A stretch of DNA of 64,000 bases, taken from positions 28,158-92,157 of the forward strand of contig CATIQU010000001.1 of the NCBI GenBank assembly GCA_949519155.1, written 5' to 3'. Each line of letters starts with the position of its first letter. Within the stretch, counting starts at the first letter, position 1. The notes under the pieces were generated by a model that was given only the letters and a program-made list of their open reading frames with translations, was not told the origin of the DNA and did not search any database. The translations under genes were made by a program, and so were the position numbers. This document shows positions 1 to 10,155 of the stretch, piece after piece. Source of the DNA: Polaribacter sp. SA4-10. GTDB lineage: Bacteria; Bacteroidota; Bacteroidia; Flavobacteriales; Flavobacteriaceae.

Positions 1-324
1 TTCACTCATCCAACGCCCGCGAACATCTTGGTAAACCACAATGTTTCCCTCTTTCATTAAGTGTACATTGGGACTAATTTTGGTTTTCATCTTTCCTTTT
101 CCATAAGGCGCAGAACTGTAAGGTGTTCGTTGCATTAAAATAGGATATTCTTTAGAAGTATCTTTTGGAGAATAAACAGTGGTGTGCAATTTTACGCCAT
201 CTCGCATCACAATCGCAATTTCTTGTTTTGTATAGTTCTCTAACACAAAAGTATCTTCAGTTTTTGGATTGCAAGACATCAAAAGAATAAGACTGAATAG
301 GATGAGGAAGAATTTTATTTTCAT
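1..324 (-). CDS. CocE/NonD-family (X-Pro dipeptidyl-peptidase-like) hydrolase, N-terminal 108 codons; gene runs off the left edge
   Basis: Own minus-strand translation from ATG at 324: MKIKFFLILFSLILLMSCNPKTEDTF...YPILMQRTPYSSAPYGKG...NIVVYQDVRGRWMSE. Signal peptide with lipobox-like LLMSC; RTPY and QDVRGR motifs are typical of the family. Absent from the ORF track because it is truncated. Confidence 0.6.
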   Translation of the reverse strand, partial: MKIKFFLILFSLILLMSCNPKTEDTFVLENYTKQEIAIVMRDGVKLHTTVYSPKDTSKEYPILMQRTPYSSAPYGKGKMKTKISPNVHLMKEGNIVVYQDVRGRWMSE

Positions 325-531
325 GTTGGAACGTTTTTGTTTTGCTAAAATTACAAAACAAAAAAGAGTTACTAAAAAAATTAAAGGTTTAAATGACTTT
401 AGAAATTCTTTTCCTTTGTTTTAAAGGAGTGTTCAGAAAATAATAGGGCGCTCTATTTCAATGTATAATGAACGGTTGCTTTATTCTTCATAAAAAGGAG
501 ATAAACAGCCTACACTTGGTAAATTTCTCCC

Positions 532-539
532 TATTTTTG
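532..539 (+). promoter_or_regulatory. Bacteroidota -7 box TATTTTTG upstream of ygiQ
   Basis: Exact match to TAnnTTTG, 6 nt before ATG 546. Confidence 0.45.
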
Positions 540-545
540 CAAAAT

Positions 546-2510
546 ATGGAGCAAACGAAGAAATTACAACTAACAGATTGGTTACCAACTACAAACAAAG
601 AAGTAAAACTTCGTGGTTGGACAGAATTGGATGTAATTCTCTTTAGTGGAGATGCCTATGTAGATCATCCTTCTTTTGGACCTGCAGTAATTGGGCGTAT
701 TCTAGAAAGCTATGGTTTGCGCGTTGCTATTGTACCTCAGCCCAGTGTAAATGATGATTTGCAAGATTTTGAAAAACTAGGAAAACCTCGTTTGTTTTTT
801 GGTGCTACTGGTGGATGTATGGATCCAATGGTGAGTAATTATACCGCAAGTAAAAAACGAAGAGACAAAGATGCCTATACGCCAAATGGAGACAAAGGGT
901 TTCGACCAGATTATGCAACCTCTGTATATTCTAAAATATTAAAAGAAAAATTCCCAGATGTTCCGGTTTTAATTGGGGGTATTGAAGCGTCTTTAAGACG
1001 TGTAACGCACTATGATTACTGGTCAGACAAACTATTACCAACTATTTTAGAAACGTCGAAAGCAGACATGCTGGTTTATGGAATGGGCGAACAACCTTTG
1101 CGTGAAATTGTAGAATTGTTACAAAAAGGAGTGCCATTTTCAAGTTTAAAGAACATCAAACAAACAGCCGTTTTAATCAATCAAAACGAAGAAAAAATTC
1201 CCGTTGTGAATGATTGGGAAGACGTGACTATTAATTCCCACGCAGCTTGTATGTGGGATAAGAAGACTTTTGCTTCCAACTTTAAAGTGATAGAGCAGGA
1301 ATCTAATAAATTAAAAGCAAGACGAATTTTACAAGAAGTTGAAGGGAGAACATTGGTCATTAACCCACCATTTCCAACCATGACAGAAAAGGAAATTGAT
1401 GGTTCTTTCGATTTGCCTTTTACCCGTTTGCCTCACCCAAAATACAACAAACGTGGACCGATACCTGCGTTTGAAATGATCAAGTTTTCAATCAACATAC
1501 ACAGAGGGTGTTTTGGAGGTTGTAGTTTTTGTACCATTTCTGCACATCAAGGAAAGTTTATTGCCAGTAGAAGTCAAGAATCCGTATTAAAAGAAATAGA
1601 TAAAGTGGCAAACATGCCCGACTTTAAAGGCTATTTATCTGATATTGGTGGCCCTTCGGCAAACATGTATCAGATGAAAGGAAAAGTACAGTCTATTTGT
1701 GACAAATGTGTTGCCCCTAGTTGTATATCGCCTGTAATTTGTTCTAATTTAGATACTTCACACAAACCTTTAACCGACTTGTATCAAGCCGTAGATAAGC
1801 ATCCAAAGATTAAAAAATCGTTTATTGGAAGTGGAATTCGCCATGATATGTTGGTGCCAGAATTCAATAAAAATGCAGACCCAAAAGAGTTGGATGCCTA
1901 TACAGAAGAGGTAATGACAAAACACGTTTCTGGGCGATTAAAAGTAGCCCCAGAACACACTTCAGACCCTGTTTTAAAGTTGATGCGTAAGCCTTCTTTT
2001 AAATACTTCCACATGTTTAAAGAGCGTTTTGATAAAATCAATATCAAGAAAAAATTAAACTTACAATTGATTCCGTATTTCATTTCCAGTCACCCAGCAA
2101 GTGAAGTAGAGGACATGGCCAATTTAGCGGCAGAAACCAAAGATATGGGCTTTCAGTTAGAGCAAGTACAAGGTTTTACGCCCACCCCAATGACGGTTGC
2201 AACGGTTATTTATTATTCAGGGTATCATCCGTATACTTTAAAGCCTACAAAGACTCCGAAAACAAAAAAGGAGAAAGAAGATCAGCACAAGTTTTTCTTT
2301 TGGTATAAGAAAGAAAACAAAGATTGGATTAAAAAAACCTTGAACAAAGTAGGAAGGCAAGATTTATTACAACGATTATTGCCCGAAAATAATTCTTGGA
2401 AAAAGAACAAACTGGCAAAAGAAACCAAAAACACGTTTGATGATGCCGTGCCGGTTCCTTTTAACAAACGTAAAAAGAAAGTAAGTAGAGCGCCCAAGCG
2501 AAGACGATAG
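546..2510 (+). CDS. ygiQ: YgiQ-family (UPF0313) radical SAM protein
   Basis: Track ORF 468..2510. Radical-SAM C-x3-C-x2-C motif (HRGCFGGCSFCTI), YgiQ-type N-terminus (DVILFSGDAYVDHPSFGPAVIGR), basic C-tail. Start moved to ATG 546 (MEQTKK) because a TAnnTTTG box lies at 532-539 inside the track extension. Confidence 0.85.
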   Translation: MEQTKKLQLTDWLPTTNKEVKLRGWTELDVILFSGDAYVDHPSFGPAVIGRILESYGLRVAIVPQPSVNDDLQDFEKLGKPRLFFGATGGCMDPMVSNYTASKKRRDKDAYTPNGDKGFRPDYATSVYSKILKEKFPDVPVLIGGIEASLRRVTHYDYWSDKLLPTILETSKADMLVYGMGEQPLREIVELLQKGVPFSSLKNIKQTAVLINQNEEKIPVVNDWEDVTINSHAACMWDKKTFASNFKVIEQESNKLKARRILQEVEGRTLVINPPFPTMTEKEIDGSFDLPFTRLPHPKYNKRGPIPAFEMIKFSINIHRGCFGGCSFCTISAHQGKFIASRSQESVLKEIDKVANMPDFKGYLSDIGGPSANMYQMKGKVQSICDKCVAPSCISPVICSNLDTSHKPLTDLYQAVDKHPKIKKSFIGSGIRHDMLVPEFNKNADPKELDAYTEEVMTKHVSGRLKVAPEHTSDPVLKLMRKPSFKYFHMFKERFDKINIKKKLNLQLIPYFISSHPASEVEDMANLAAETKDMGFQLEQVQGFTPTPMTVATVIYYSGYHPYTLKPTKTPKTKKEKEDQHKFFFWYKKENKDWIKKTLNKVGRQDLLQRLLPENNSWKKNKLAKETKNTFDDAVPVPFNKRKKKVSRAPKRRR

Positions 2511-2688
2511 GGTTTGTTCGCGCTGTAACTTTATAAGGGATGAGTTTTTATCATCTTTAATAACAATTAATTACGTTATTATCCCCTTTATGTTTCAGTC
2601 CAAAAAGGTAGTAGTTTCAGCACTACATTGCCTAGCAATTGCTTCGTTTTTTATTTATTGAAAAGTAATTTTAGTTTATATGAATTTA

Positions 2689-2696
2689 TAAATTTG
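2689..2696 (+). promoter_or_regulatory. -7 box TAAATTTG upstream of the lipoprotein gene
   Basis: Exact TAnnTTTG match, 9 nt before ATG 2706. Confidence 0.45.
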
Positions 2697-2705
2697 TAAA
2701 AAAAA

Positions 2706-3347
2706 ATGAAAAAAAGTTTCTACTTATTTCTATTAATGGCACTTGTTGTTTTTAGTTTTACTTCTTGTAAAGTGTCTAAACAATACGTTACCTACATTTC
2801 AAAGAAAGCAGAGATTGAGGCCCTCAAAACAAAGAAAGTAATCGTAATCGCTACCGATGACATTAATGTGCTTGAGTTTACCAATACCTTCGAAAAAAAT
2901 TACCAAGAAAAAGAAGACTTTTCAAGCCAGTATTTAAAAGATTTTTCCAATAAAATAAAGGCAAGTAAGGTTTTTGGAAACGTTACTTACGACATTTCAA
3001 AGGGTATCTATGCTGCTCTAAATACTACCGATGCAGATTATGTCATTCACTTTTCAAACTTCGAAATTACAAATCGATATGAATGGCGGAGTTCTGGAAA
3101 TATGGGCGGAATGAATGGAATGGGAAGTATGAATACTTCCTCTTCCGTTGAATATTGCGTTATTCATGTAAAAGTAGAGGTGTACGATACCAAAAATGAT
3201 AAAGAAATTTTAGATTTTATCGCCACTGGGGAAGCATCCGTTTTCTTCTTCAATTTTACCACGACTTTGAAAAAGGCTAAGGATCTAACCATTGACCATA
3301 TTATCAATTACTTGAAGACCGAACAAACAACCTACGAAAAGTATTAA
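2706..3347 (+). CDS. lipoprotein of unknown function (layout resembles DUF4136)
   Basis: Signal peptide plus lipobox (VVFSFTSC). G/M/N-rich loop GNMGGMNGMGSMNTSSS followed by a beta-strand-like segment, the same arrangement as the protein at 9093..9635. Confidence 0.6.
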   Translation: MKKSFYLFLLMALVVFSFTSCKVSKQYVTYISKKAEIEALKTKKVIVIATDDINVLEFTNTFEKNYQEKEDFSSQYLKDFSNKIKASKVFGNVTYDISKGIYAALNTTDADYVIHFSNFEITNRYEWRSSGNMGGMNGMGSMNTSSSVEYCVIHVKVEVYDTKNDKEILDFIATGEASVFFFNFTTTLKKAKDLTIDHIINYLKTEQTTYEKY

Positions 3348-3366
3348 ATTTTTTCCTACAGTGTAT

Positions 3367-3397
3367 AAAAAAAACTGCACCAATGGTGCAGTTTTTT
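3367..3397. terminator. bidirectional intrinsic terminator
   Basis: A8 - CTGCACC AAT GGTGCAG - T6, between convergent genes (3347 and 3497). Confidence 0.75.
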
Positions 3398-3496
3398 ATG
3401 CTTTAGAGTAGTGCAATAAACAAATTTATAGCTGCTGCTAATCAGCAACACAAGCGATGCACCCACTTTTCATCAAAGTAAAAAGGGATTCACTGC

Positions 3497-6400
3497 TTAC
3501 ATGTTTCGTCGATACTGTCCGCCAACTTTAAACAGGGCTTCTGTAATCTGTCCCAAAGAACAAATTTTTGTGGCTTCCATTAAGTTTTCAAACAAATTGT
3601 CATTCTGTATTGCTGCTTCTTGCAGTTTGGTTAATTGTATTTTTACGTTTTGAATGTTGGTTCCATTCAGGCGTTCTTTGGTCTGAATTTGAAATTGCTT
3701 TTCGGTTTCTGTTGCGCGAATTACTTCAGCAGGCTGAATTGTAGGAGAACCTTTAGAGCTTAAAAAGGTATTCACTCCAATAATAGGAAACTCCCCATTG
3801 TGCTTTAAAGTTTCATAATACAAACTCTCTTCCTGAATTTTAGAACGTTGATACATCGTTTCCATAGCACCTAAAACACCACCACGTTCAGTAATTCTAT
3901 CAAATTCTAATAAGACCGCTTCTTCAACCAAATCGGTTAATTCTTCAATAATAAAAGCCCCTTGAATCGGGTTTTCATTCTTGGTTAACCCAAGTTCTTT
4001 GTTGATAATCAATTGGATAGCCATTGCACGTCTTACCGATTCTTCAGTAGGCGTTGTAATGGCTTCGTCATAAGCATTCGTATGCAAAGAGTTGCAGTTG
4101 TCATTAATTGCGTATAGAGCTTGCAGTGTCGTTCGAATGTCATTAAAATCAATTTCTTGTGCATGTAAAGAACGCCCAGAAGTTTGAATATGATATTTTA
4201 ACATTTGAGCCCTCGCATTGGCACCGTATTTATGTTTCATTGCTTTGGACCAAATCTTACGCGCAACTCTTCCAATTACAGAATACTCAGGATCAATTCC
4301 GTTGGAAAAGAAAAAAGACAAGTTGGGTCCAAACTTATTAATATCCATACCACGACTTAAATAATATTCTACGTATGTAAATCCGTTCGACAGTGTCAAT
4401 GCCAATTGCGTAATTGGATTTGCACCCGCTTCGGCAATATGATACCCAGAAATAGACACCGAATAAAAGTTTCGTACTTGTTTTTCAATGAAATATTCTT
4501 GGACATCCCCCATCAAACGCAATGCGAATTCAGTAGAAAAAATACAAGTATTCTGTGCTTGGTCTTCTTTTAAAATATCTGCTTGTACCGTTCCTCGAAC
4601 TTGTGTTAAGGTTTCTTTTTTAATTTGCTGGTAGATTTCTTGCGGCAAAACCAAATCACCAATGAGCCCTAAAAGTAACAATCCTAAACCGTTGTTTCCT
4701 TTAGGTAAAGGGCCTTGGTAGCTTGGTCTTTCTAATCCTTTCGAGTCGTAAATTGCTACAAATGTTGCTTCTACATCTTTTTCTAAGTGATGTTCTACGA
4801 TGTATTTTTCGCAATTTTGGTCAATTGCAGCATTCATAAAGAATCCAAGCAACATAGGAGCTGGGCCATTTATGGTCATCGAAACAGAAGTCATGTGATG
4901 GCTTAAATCAAAACCAGAATACAGTTTTTTAGCATCGTCCAAACAGCAAATAGAAACGCCCGCATTTCCAATTTTACCATACACATCTGGGCGAACTCCA
5001 GGATCGCTTCCATACAAAGTTACAGAATCAAAAGCGGTGGAAAGTCTTTTTGCGTCCATGCCCAAACTTACATAATGAAAACGTCTGTTGGTTCTTTCAG
5101 GACCTCCTTCGCCTGCAAACATTCTTGTTGGGTCTTCACCTGTTCTTTTAAATGGATACAGTCCTGCGGTATACGGAAATTCTCCAGGAACATTCTCCTG
5201 TAAATTCCAATGTAATAAATCTCCCCAAGCTTGATATTTTGGCAATGCAATTTTTGGTATTTGAGAATGCGATAACGATTCGCTATGCGTTTCGATATTG
5301 ATTTCCTTATCTCGAACCTTAAACGTGTAAATAGGTTGTTTGTATTTTTGAACTTTCTCTTGCCAGTTGATAATTACTTGCCAGTGGTGTGGATCAAGAT
5401 TTAACTTGACTTTTTCAAATTGAGCAATTAAAAGTTTAATGAATTCGATGTCGTCTTGAATGGTTTCGAGGGAAAGAATTTGGTCAGTATCAATGCCTGT
5501 TTTTGTTAAAAAAGAGTGCATCTCTTCTTTTGGTATCGAAACAGTATCACTTTCGGTGATGGATAAAATCGTTTGGTAAATTCCATATAATTTTTGAGCA
5601 ACCACGACTTGAGAATTCACTTTTATGTCATAGGCTCTATTACTCTCTGCAATTTCAGATAAGTAACGTACTCTTGCCGGTGGGATTACAAAAATCTTTT
5701 CAGACATTTCAGTAGTAATTTCAAACGAAGATTTTAAATCAGCCCCTGTTTTTTCCACCAACTTGTCCATGAGTTTTTTATACAATGTATTCATCCCGGG
5801 GTCGTTAAACTGCGACGCAATGGTGCCATATACTGGAAGATCATCTTGGTGAATGTGCCACAAATTATTGTTGCGCATGTACTGTTTCTTTACATCTCTA
5901 ACAGCATCTAAAGCACCCCGTTTGTCAAACTTATTAATGGCAACCAAATCTGCAAAATCTAACATGTCGATTTTTTCTAACTGCGTTGCAGCGCCAAATT
6001 CAGGCGTCATTACATAGAGAGAAGTATCCGAGTGTTCAATGATTTCAGTATCCGATTGTCCAATACCCGATGTTTCTAAAACAATCAAGTCAAATTCAGC
6101 AGCTTTTAAAACCTGTATTGCCTCGTTCACATATTTAGAAAGCGCTAAGTTGGATTGTCGCGTAGCCAAGGAACGCATATAAACACGTTCATTGTTGATG
6201 GCATTCATTCGAATTCGATCGCCTAAAAGCGCACCACCTGTTTTTCTTTTTGAGGGATCAACAGAAATAATTCCGATTGTTTTTTTAGGAAAATCAATTA
6301 AAAAACGACGTACCAATTCATCTACCAAAGAAGATTTTCCTGCACCTCCTGTCCCTGTAATCCCTAGAACGGGCGTTTTAGAAGCTTTATTTTTTGTGTG

Positions 6401-6961
6401 AATTAAATCTAAAGTCGCTTTGGCAACTTCGGGAAAGTTCTCTGCTGCAGAAATGATTCTTGCAATGCTTCCAATTTCTTTTTTTGCTAAATTCTCAAAT
6501 TCATTGTTGAGTACATCGCCAATCGCATAATCAGCTTGCTGGACCAAGTCATTAATCATTCCTTGTAAACCGAGTGCGCGTCCATCATCTGGAGAATAAA
6601 TACGTGTAATTCCGTAAGCCATTAATTCCTTAATTTCTTCAGGAAGAATAACACCTCCTCCACCGCCAAAAATTTTGATGTGTGTTGCGCCTTTTTCTTT
6701 TAATAAATCATACATGTACTTAAAGTACTCATTATGACCTCCTTGGTAGGACGTTATTGCAATGGCATTTGCATCTTCTTGTATGGCGCAATTGACCACC
6801 TCTTCCACGCTTCGATCATGTCCAAGGTGAATGACCTCTACACCAGTTGATTGGATAATTCTGCGCATAATATTGATCGCGGCATCGTGACCATCAAAAA
6901 GTGAAGCTGCCGTTACAATTCTTACTTTATATGTAGGGGTATAAGGTTTAATTTGTTCCAT
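3497..6961 (-). CDS. icmF: fused isobutyryl-CoA mutase (B12-binding domain + MeaB-like GTPase + mutase substrate barrel)
   Basis: 1154 aa. N-terminal B12-binding segment ([15 protein letters not shown]), central P-loop [17 protein letters not shown] typical of MeaB/ArgK, C-terminal methylmalonyl-CoA-mutase-like barrel. This three-part order is the IcmF architecture. Confidence 0.85.
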   Translation of the reverse strand: MEQIKPYTPTYKVRIVTAASLFDGHDAAINIMRRIIQSTGVEVIHLGHDRSVEEVVNCAIQEDANAIAITSYQGGHNEYFKYMYDLLKEKGATHIKIFGGGGGVILPEEIKELMAYGITRIYSPDDGRALGLQGMINDLVQQADYAIGDVLNNEFENLAKKEIGSIARIISAAENFPEVAKATLDLIHTKNKASKTPVLGITGTGGAGKSSLVDELVRRFLIDFPKKTIGIISVDPSKRKTGGALLGDRIRMNAINNERVYMRSLATRQSNLALSKYVNEAIQVLKAAEFDLIVLETSGIGQSDTEIIEHSDTSLYVMTPEFGAATQLEKIDMLDFADLVAINKFDKRGALDAVRDVKKQYMRNNNLWHIHQDDLPVYGTIASQFNDPGMNTLYKKLMDKLVEKTGADLKSSFEITTEMSEKIFVIPPARVRYLSEIAESNRAYDIKVNSQVVVAQKLYGIYQTILSITESDTVSIPKEEMHSFLTKTGIDTDQILSLETIQDDIEFIKLLIAQFEKVKLNLDPHHWQVIINWQEKVQKYKQPIYTFKVRDKEINIETHSESLSHSQIPKIALPKYQAWGDLLHWNLQENVPGEFPYTAGLYPFKRTGEDPTRMFAGEGGPERTNRRFHYVSLGMDAKRLSTAFDSVTLYGSDPGVRPDVYGKIGNAGVSICCLDDAKKLYSGFDLSHHMTSVSMTINGPAPMLLGFFMNAAIDQNCEKYIVEHHLEKDVEATFVAIYDSKGLERPSYQGPLPKGNNGLGLLLLGLIGDLVLPQEIYQQIKKETLTQVRGTVQADILKEDQAQNTCIFSTEFALRLMGDVQEYFIEKQVRNFYSVSISGYHIAEAGANPITQLALTLSNGFTYVEYYLSRGMDINKFGPNLSFFFSNGIDPEYSVIGRVARKIWSKAMKHKYGANARAQMLKYHIQTSGRSLHAQEIDFNDIRTTLQALYAINDNCNSLHTNAYDEAITTPTEESVRRAMAIQLIINKELGLTKNENPIQGAFIIEELTDLVEEAVLLEFDRITERGGVLGAMETMYQRSKIQEESLYYETLKHNGEFPIIGVNTFLSSKGSPTIQPAEVIRATETEKQFQIQTKERLNGTNIQNVKIQLTKLQEAAIQNDNLFENLMEATKICSLGQITEALFKVGGQYRRNM

Positions 6962-7057
6962 TCGTAAATTTTGTAGAAAATTGAGCTTGCAATTTACGAA
7001 TTTCTTAAAAGAAACGCTATTTTTTTGAATAGTTAATTAAAGTATCTAAAAAAGAAA

Positions 7058-7065
7058 TATATTTG
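7058..7065 (+). promoter_or_regulatory. -7 box TATATTTG upstream of hutU
   Basis: Exact TAnnTTTG match in the icmF/hutU divergent spacer. Confidence 0.5.
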
Positions 7066-7092
7066 TTTTAGATATTGAAAAAAGAAATAGAT

Positions 7093-9081
7093 ATGACATT
7101 TGCAGCTCAGATTCAACGAGGAATTCCTGATATTTTACCCAATATAAAAGTCTATGAATTGGCGATAAATCATGCGCCAAAACGAAAAGACCTTCTATCT
7201 TCGGCTGAGAAAAAATTAGCACTTAAAAATGCACTTCGCTATTTTGATAAAAAGCATCATGCCCTACTATTACCAGAATTTGTGGAAGAATTAGCTAAAT
7301 ATGGCCGTATTTATATGTATCGCTTTCGTCCAGAGTATGAAATGAAAGCGAGAGCTATTTCTGAATACCCAGGAAAATCAACACAAGCAAAAGCAATTAT
7401 GTTGATGATTCAGAACAATCTGGATTATGCAGTTGCGCAACATCCACACGAATTAATAACGTATGGAGGTAATGGTGCTGTTTTTCAAAATTGGGCACAG
7501 TATTTATTAACAATGAAATACTTGTCAGAGATGACAAACAAACAAACGTTGACCATGTATTCTGGTCATCCAATGGGATTATTCCCATCTCATAAAAACG
7601 CCCCTCGAGTTGTTGTTACCAATGGAATGGTCATTCCTAATTATTCCAAACCAGATGATTTGGAAAAAATGAATGCGCTTGGAGTTTCTCAATATGGGCA
7701 AATGACTGCGGGAAGTTACATGTATATAGGGCCGCAAGGCATTGTACATGGCACTACTATTACTGTTTTAAATGCTTTTAGAAAAATAAATAAACCACCT
7801 GCTGGGAATTTGTTTGTGACCTCAGGCCTCGGAGGAATGTCTGGAGCACAACCCAAAGCAGGAAGTATTGCAGGCTGTATAACAGTCTGTGCAGAGGTAA
7901 ATCCGAAGATTGCACAAATACGTTTAGAGCAAGGTTGGATCGATGAGAAAATTACTGATTTGGATGCGTTGGTTATCAGAGTGAAATTAGCAAAATCAAC
8001 CAAAGAAGTTATTTCATTGGCCTACCTAGGAAACGTTGTTGATGTATGGGAACAATTTGATATAGAAGGCATTCATGTCGATTTAGGTTCCGATCAAACA
8101 TCTTTACACAATCCTTGGGCTGGGGGATATTATCCAGTCGATATTTCTTTTGAAAAAGCCAATACAATGATGGCAGAAAACCCTGCGTTGTTCAAAGAAA
8201 AAGTACAAGAAACACTCAAAAGACACGCAAACGCTATTAATAAGCACACCGCTAAAGGCACCTATTTTTTCGATTATGGAAATGCTTTTTTATTAGAAGC
8301 AAGTAGGGCAGGAGCTGATGTGATGGCGGACAATAAAATTGATTTTAAATATTCCAGTTATGTGCAAGACATCATGGGGCCTATGTGTTTCGATTATGGT
8401 TTTGGACCTTTTAGATGGGTGTGTGCATCTGGAGATCCAGAAGATTTGGCTAAAACAGATGCAATTGCTTGCAAAGTATTAGAGAAAATAAAGCAGCACT
8501 CTCCCATCGAAATTCAGCAACAAATGGCCGATAATATTCAATGGATAAAAGGCGCACAAAAGAACAACTTGGTAGTTGGGTCTCAAGCTCGAATTTTATA
8601 TGCAGATGCTGAAGGACGTGTGAAGATTGCAAAAGCGTTTAACAAAGCAATCAAGCGAGGCGAAATTGGAAATGTAATTTTAGGCAGAGATCACCATGAT
8701 GTTTCTGGAACGGATTCTCCCTACCGAGAAACTTCCAATATTTATGATGGTTCTAAATTTACTGCAGACATGGCAATCCAAAATGTAATTGGAGATAGTT
8801 TTAGAGGTGCAACCTGGGTTTCCATTCATAATGGAGGAGGCGTGGGTTGGGGTGAAGTTATTAACGGAGGATTTGGCATGCTTATTGATGGGTCTAAGTC
8901 TGCATCAAAGCGATTGGAGTCCATGCTTTTTTGGGATGTAAATAATGGAATTTCTAGAAGAAGTTGGGCAAGAAATGAAGAAGCTGTTTTTGCGATAAAA
9001 AGAGCAATGAAATCAGAGAAAAAATTAAAAGTTACCTTGCCAAACTTAGTCGACGATGCCTTAATAAACTCAATAATTTAA
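7093..9081 (+). CDS. hutU: urocanate hydratase, long (~660 aa) form
   Basis: Strong urocanase-like sequence along the full length (YGGNGAVFQNW, GLGGMSGAQPKA NAD-site motif, GRDHHDVSGTDSPYRETSN). Track start 7075 is TTG. ATG 7093 is preferred because the TATATTTG box at 7058-7065 leaves a 27-nt leader. Confidence 0.85.
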   Translation: MTFAAQIQRGIPDILPNIKVYELAINHAPKRKDLLSSAEKKLALKNALRYFDKKHHALLLPEFVEELAKYGRIYMYRFRPEYEMKARAISEYPGKSTQAKAIMLMIQNNLDYAVAQHPHELITYGGNGAVFQNWAQYLLTMKYLSEMTNKQTLTMYSGHPMGLFPSHKNAPRVVVTNGMVIPNYSKPDDLEKMNALGVSQYGQMTAGSYMYIGPQGIVHGTTITVLNAFRKINKPPAGNLFVTSGLGGMSGAQPKAGSIAGCITVCAEVNPKIAQIRLEQGWIDEKITDLDALVIRVKLAKSTKEVISLAYLGNVVDVWEQFDIEGIHVDLGSDQTSLHNPWAGGYYPVDISFEKANTMMAENPALFKEKVQETLKRHANAINKHTAKGTYFFDYGNAFLLEASRAGADVMADNKIDFKYSSYVQDIMGPMCFDYGFGPFRWVCASGDPEDLAKTDAIACKVLEKIKQHSPIEIQQQMADNIQWIKGAQKNNLVVGSQARILYADAEGRVKIAKAFNKAIKRGEIGNVILGRDHHDVSGTDSPYRETSNIYDGSKFTADMAIQNVIGDSFRGATWVSIHNGGGVGWGEVINGGFGMLIDGSKSASKRLESMLFWDVNNGISRRSWARNEEAVFAIKRAMKSEKKLKVTLPNLVDDALINSII

Positions 9082-9092
9082 AAGTACAAATC

Positions 9093-9635
9093 ATGAAAAA
9101 CTACCTTTTTTTATTCCTTAGTCTTGCATTTCTAACTTCGTGTTATTCTGTGAAAGTCGTCACAGATTACGACGAAAATGTAGATTTTAATAGTTATAAA
9201 ACATTTGCTTTTTATAAGCCAGGTATTGATAAGGCAGATATTTCCGATTTGGACAAAAAAAGAATTTTACGCGCCATTGCCTCAGAATTAATCGCAAAAG
9301 GATTTACCAAGTCTGAAAATCCAGATATGTTGGTGAGTATTTTTACCAAATCAAGAGAAAAAGTAAACATCAATCAAAATAACATGGGATACGGTTATGG
9401 TTGGGGATGGAATCCTTGGATGATGAATGGAATGAATAATAATATGAGTGTTTCACGCTATTCAGAAGGTACGTTGTTTATTGATTTCATTGACAAGAAA
9501 AAGAAAGAATTGATCTGGCAAGGGGTTGGAACAGGAGCTTTGCGCATGCAAAATCGAGAAAAGAAAGCACTTAGAATTAAAGAGTTTGTAAAAGAAATCA
9601 TTTCTAGATTTCCACCCGAGACCTCAAAGAAATAA
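9093..9635 (+). CDS. DUF4136-type lipoprotein
   Basis: Lipobox LAFLTSC, then VKVVTDYDENVDFNSYKTFAFY and EGTLFIDFIDKKKKELIWQG, both typical of DUF4136. Lies 11 nt after hutU. Confidence 0.7.
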   Translation: MKNYLFLFLSLAFLTSCYSVKVVTDYDENVDFNSYKTFAFYKPGIDKADISDLDKKRILRAIASELIAKGFTKSENPDMLVSIFTKSREKVNINQNNMGYGYGWGWNPWMMNGMNNNMSVSRYSEGTLFIDFIDKKKKELIWQGVGTGALRMQNREKKALRIKEFVKEIISRFPPETSKK

Positions 9636-9640
9636 AATAT

Positions 9641-9859
<219 letters not shown>

Positions 9860-10155
9860 TTAAAAACGCGTGTTTGGGTGTTATAACATTTGTAAATGAT
9901 GCTTTTAACTCTTTTTGATCTTAAAAGACCAGGGTAGGGAAAGTTGTAATTTTTGTTTAGCGTTTTTATTCTTAAAGTATCACTATGTTGTCGTGGCATT
10001 TTGACTTCAAAATAAAACAAAAGAAACCTCCTTTTGCAACGGTCTTAGAAAAAGGGATATTTAACCCTTTTTTTCTGATGTATTGCATTTGTATGGGTGC
10101 TTTTTTTGCGTTACTCTCAAAAAGTTGCTTTATTTGATTTCTATAAATTTACCCC

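Noticed and set aside
468-545. N-terminal extension of ygiQ given by the ORF track. Similar extensions occur at 7075, 12939, 16306, 18212, 36545 and 53447.
   Set aside because: The extensions start at non-ATG codons or run through promoter boxes or neighbouring ORFs, and they translate to implausible sequence. Internal ATGs that match the family N-termini were used instead.
6962-7092. Cobalamin riboswitch upstream of the B12-dependent icmF.
   Set aside because: The spacer is only about 130 bp, very AT-rich, shared with the hutU promoter, and has no GC-rich B12-box-like core.
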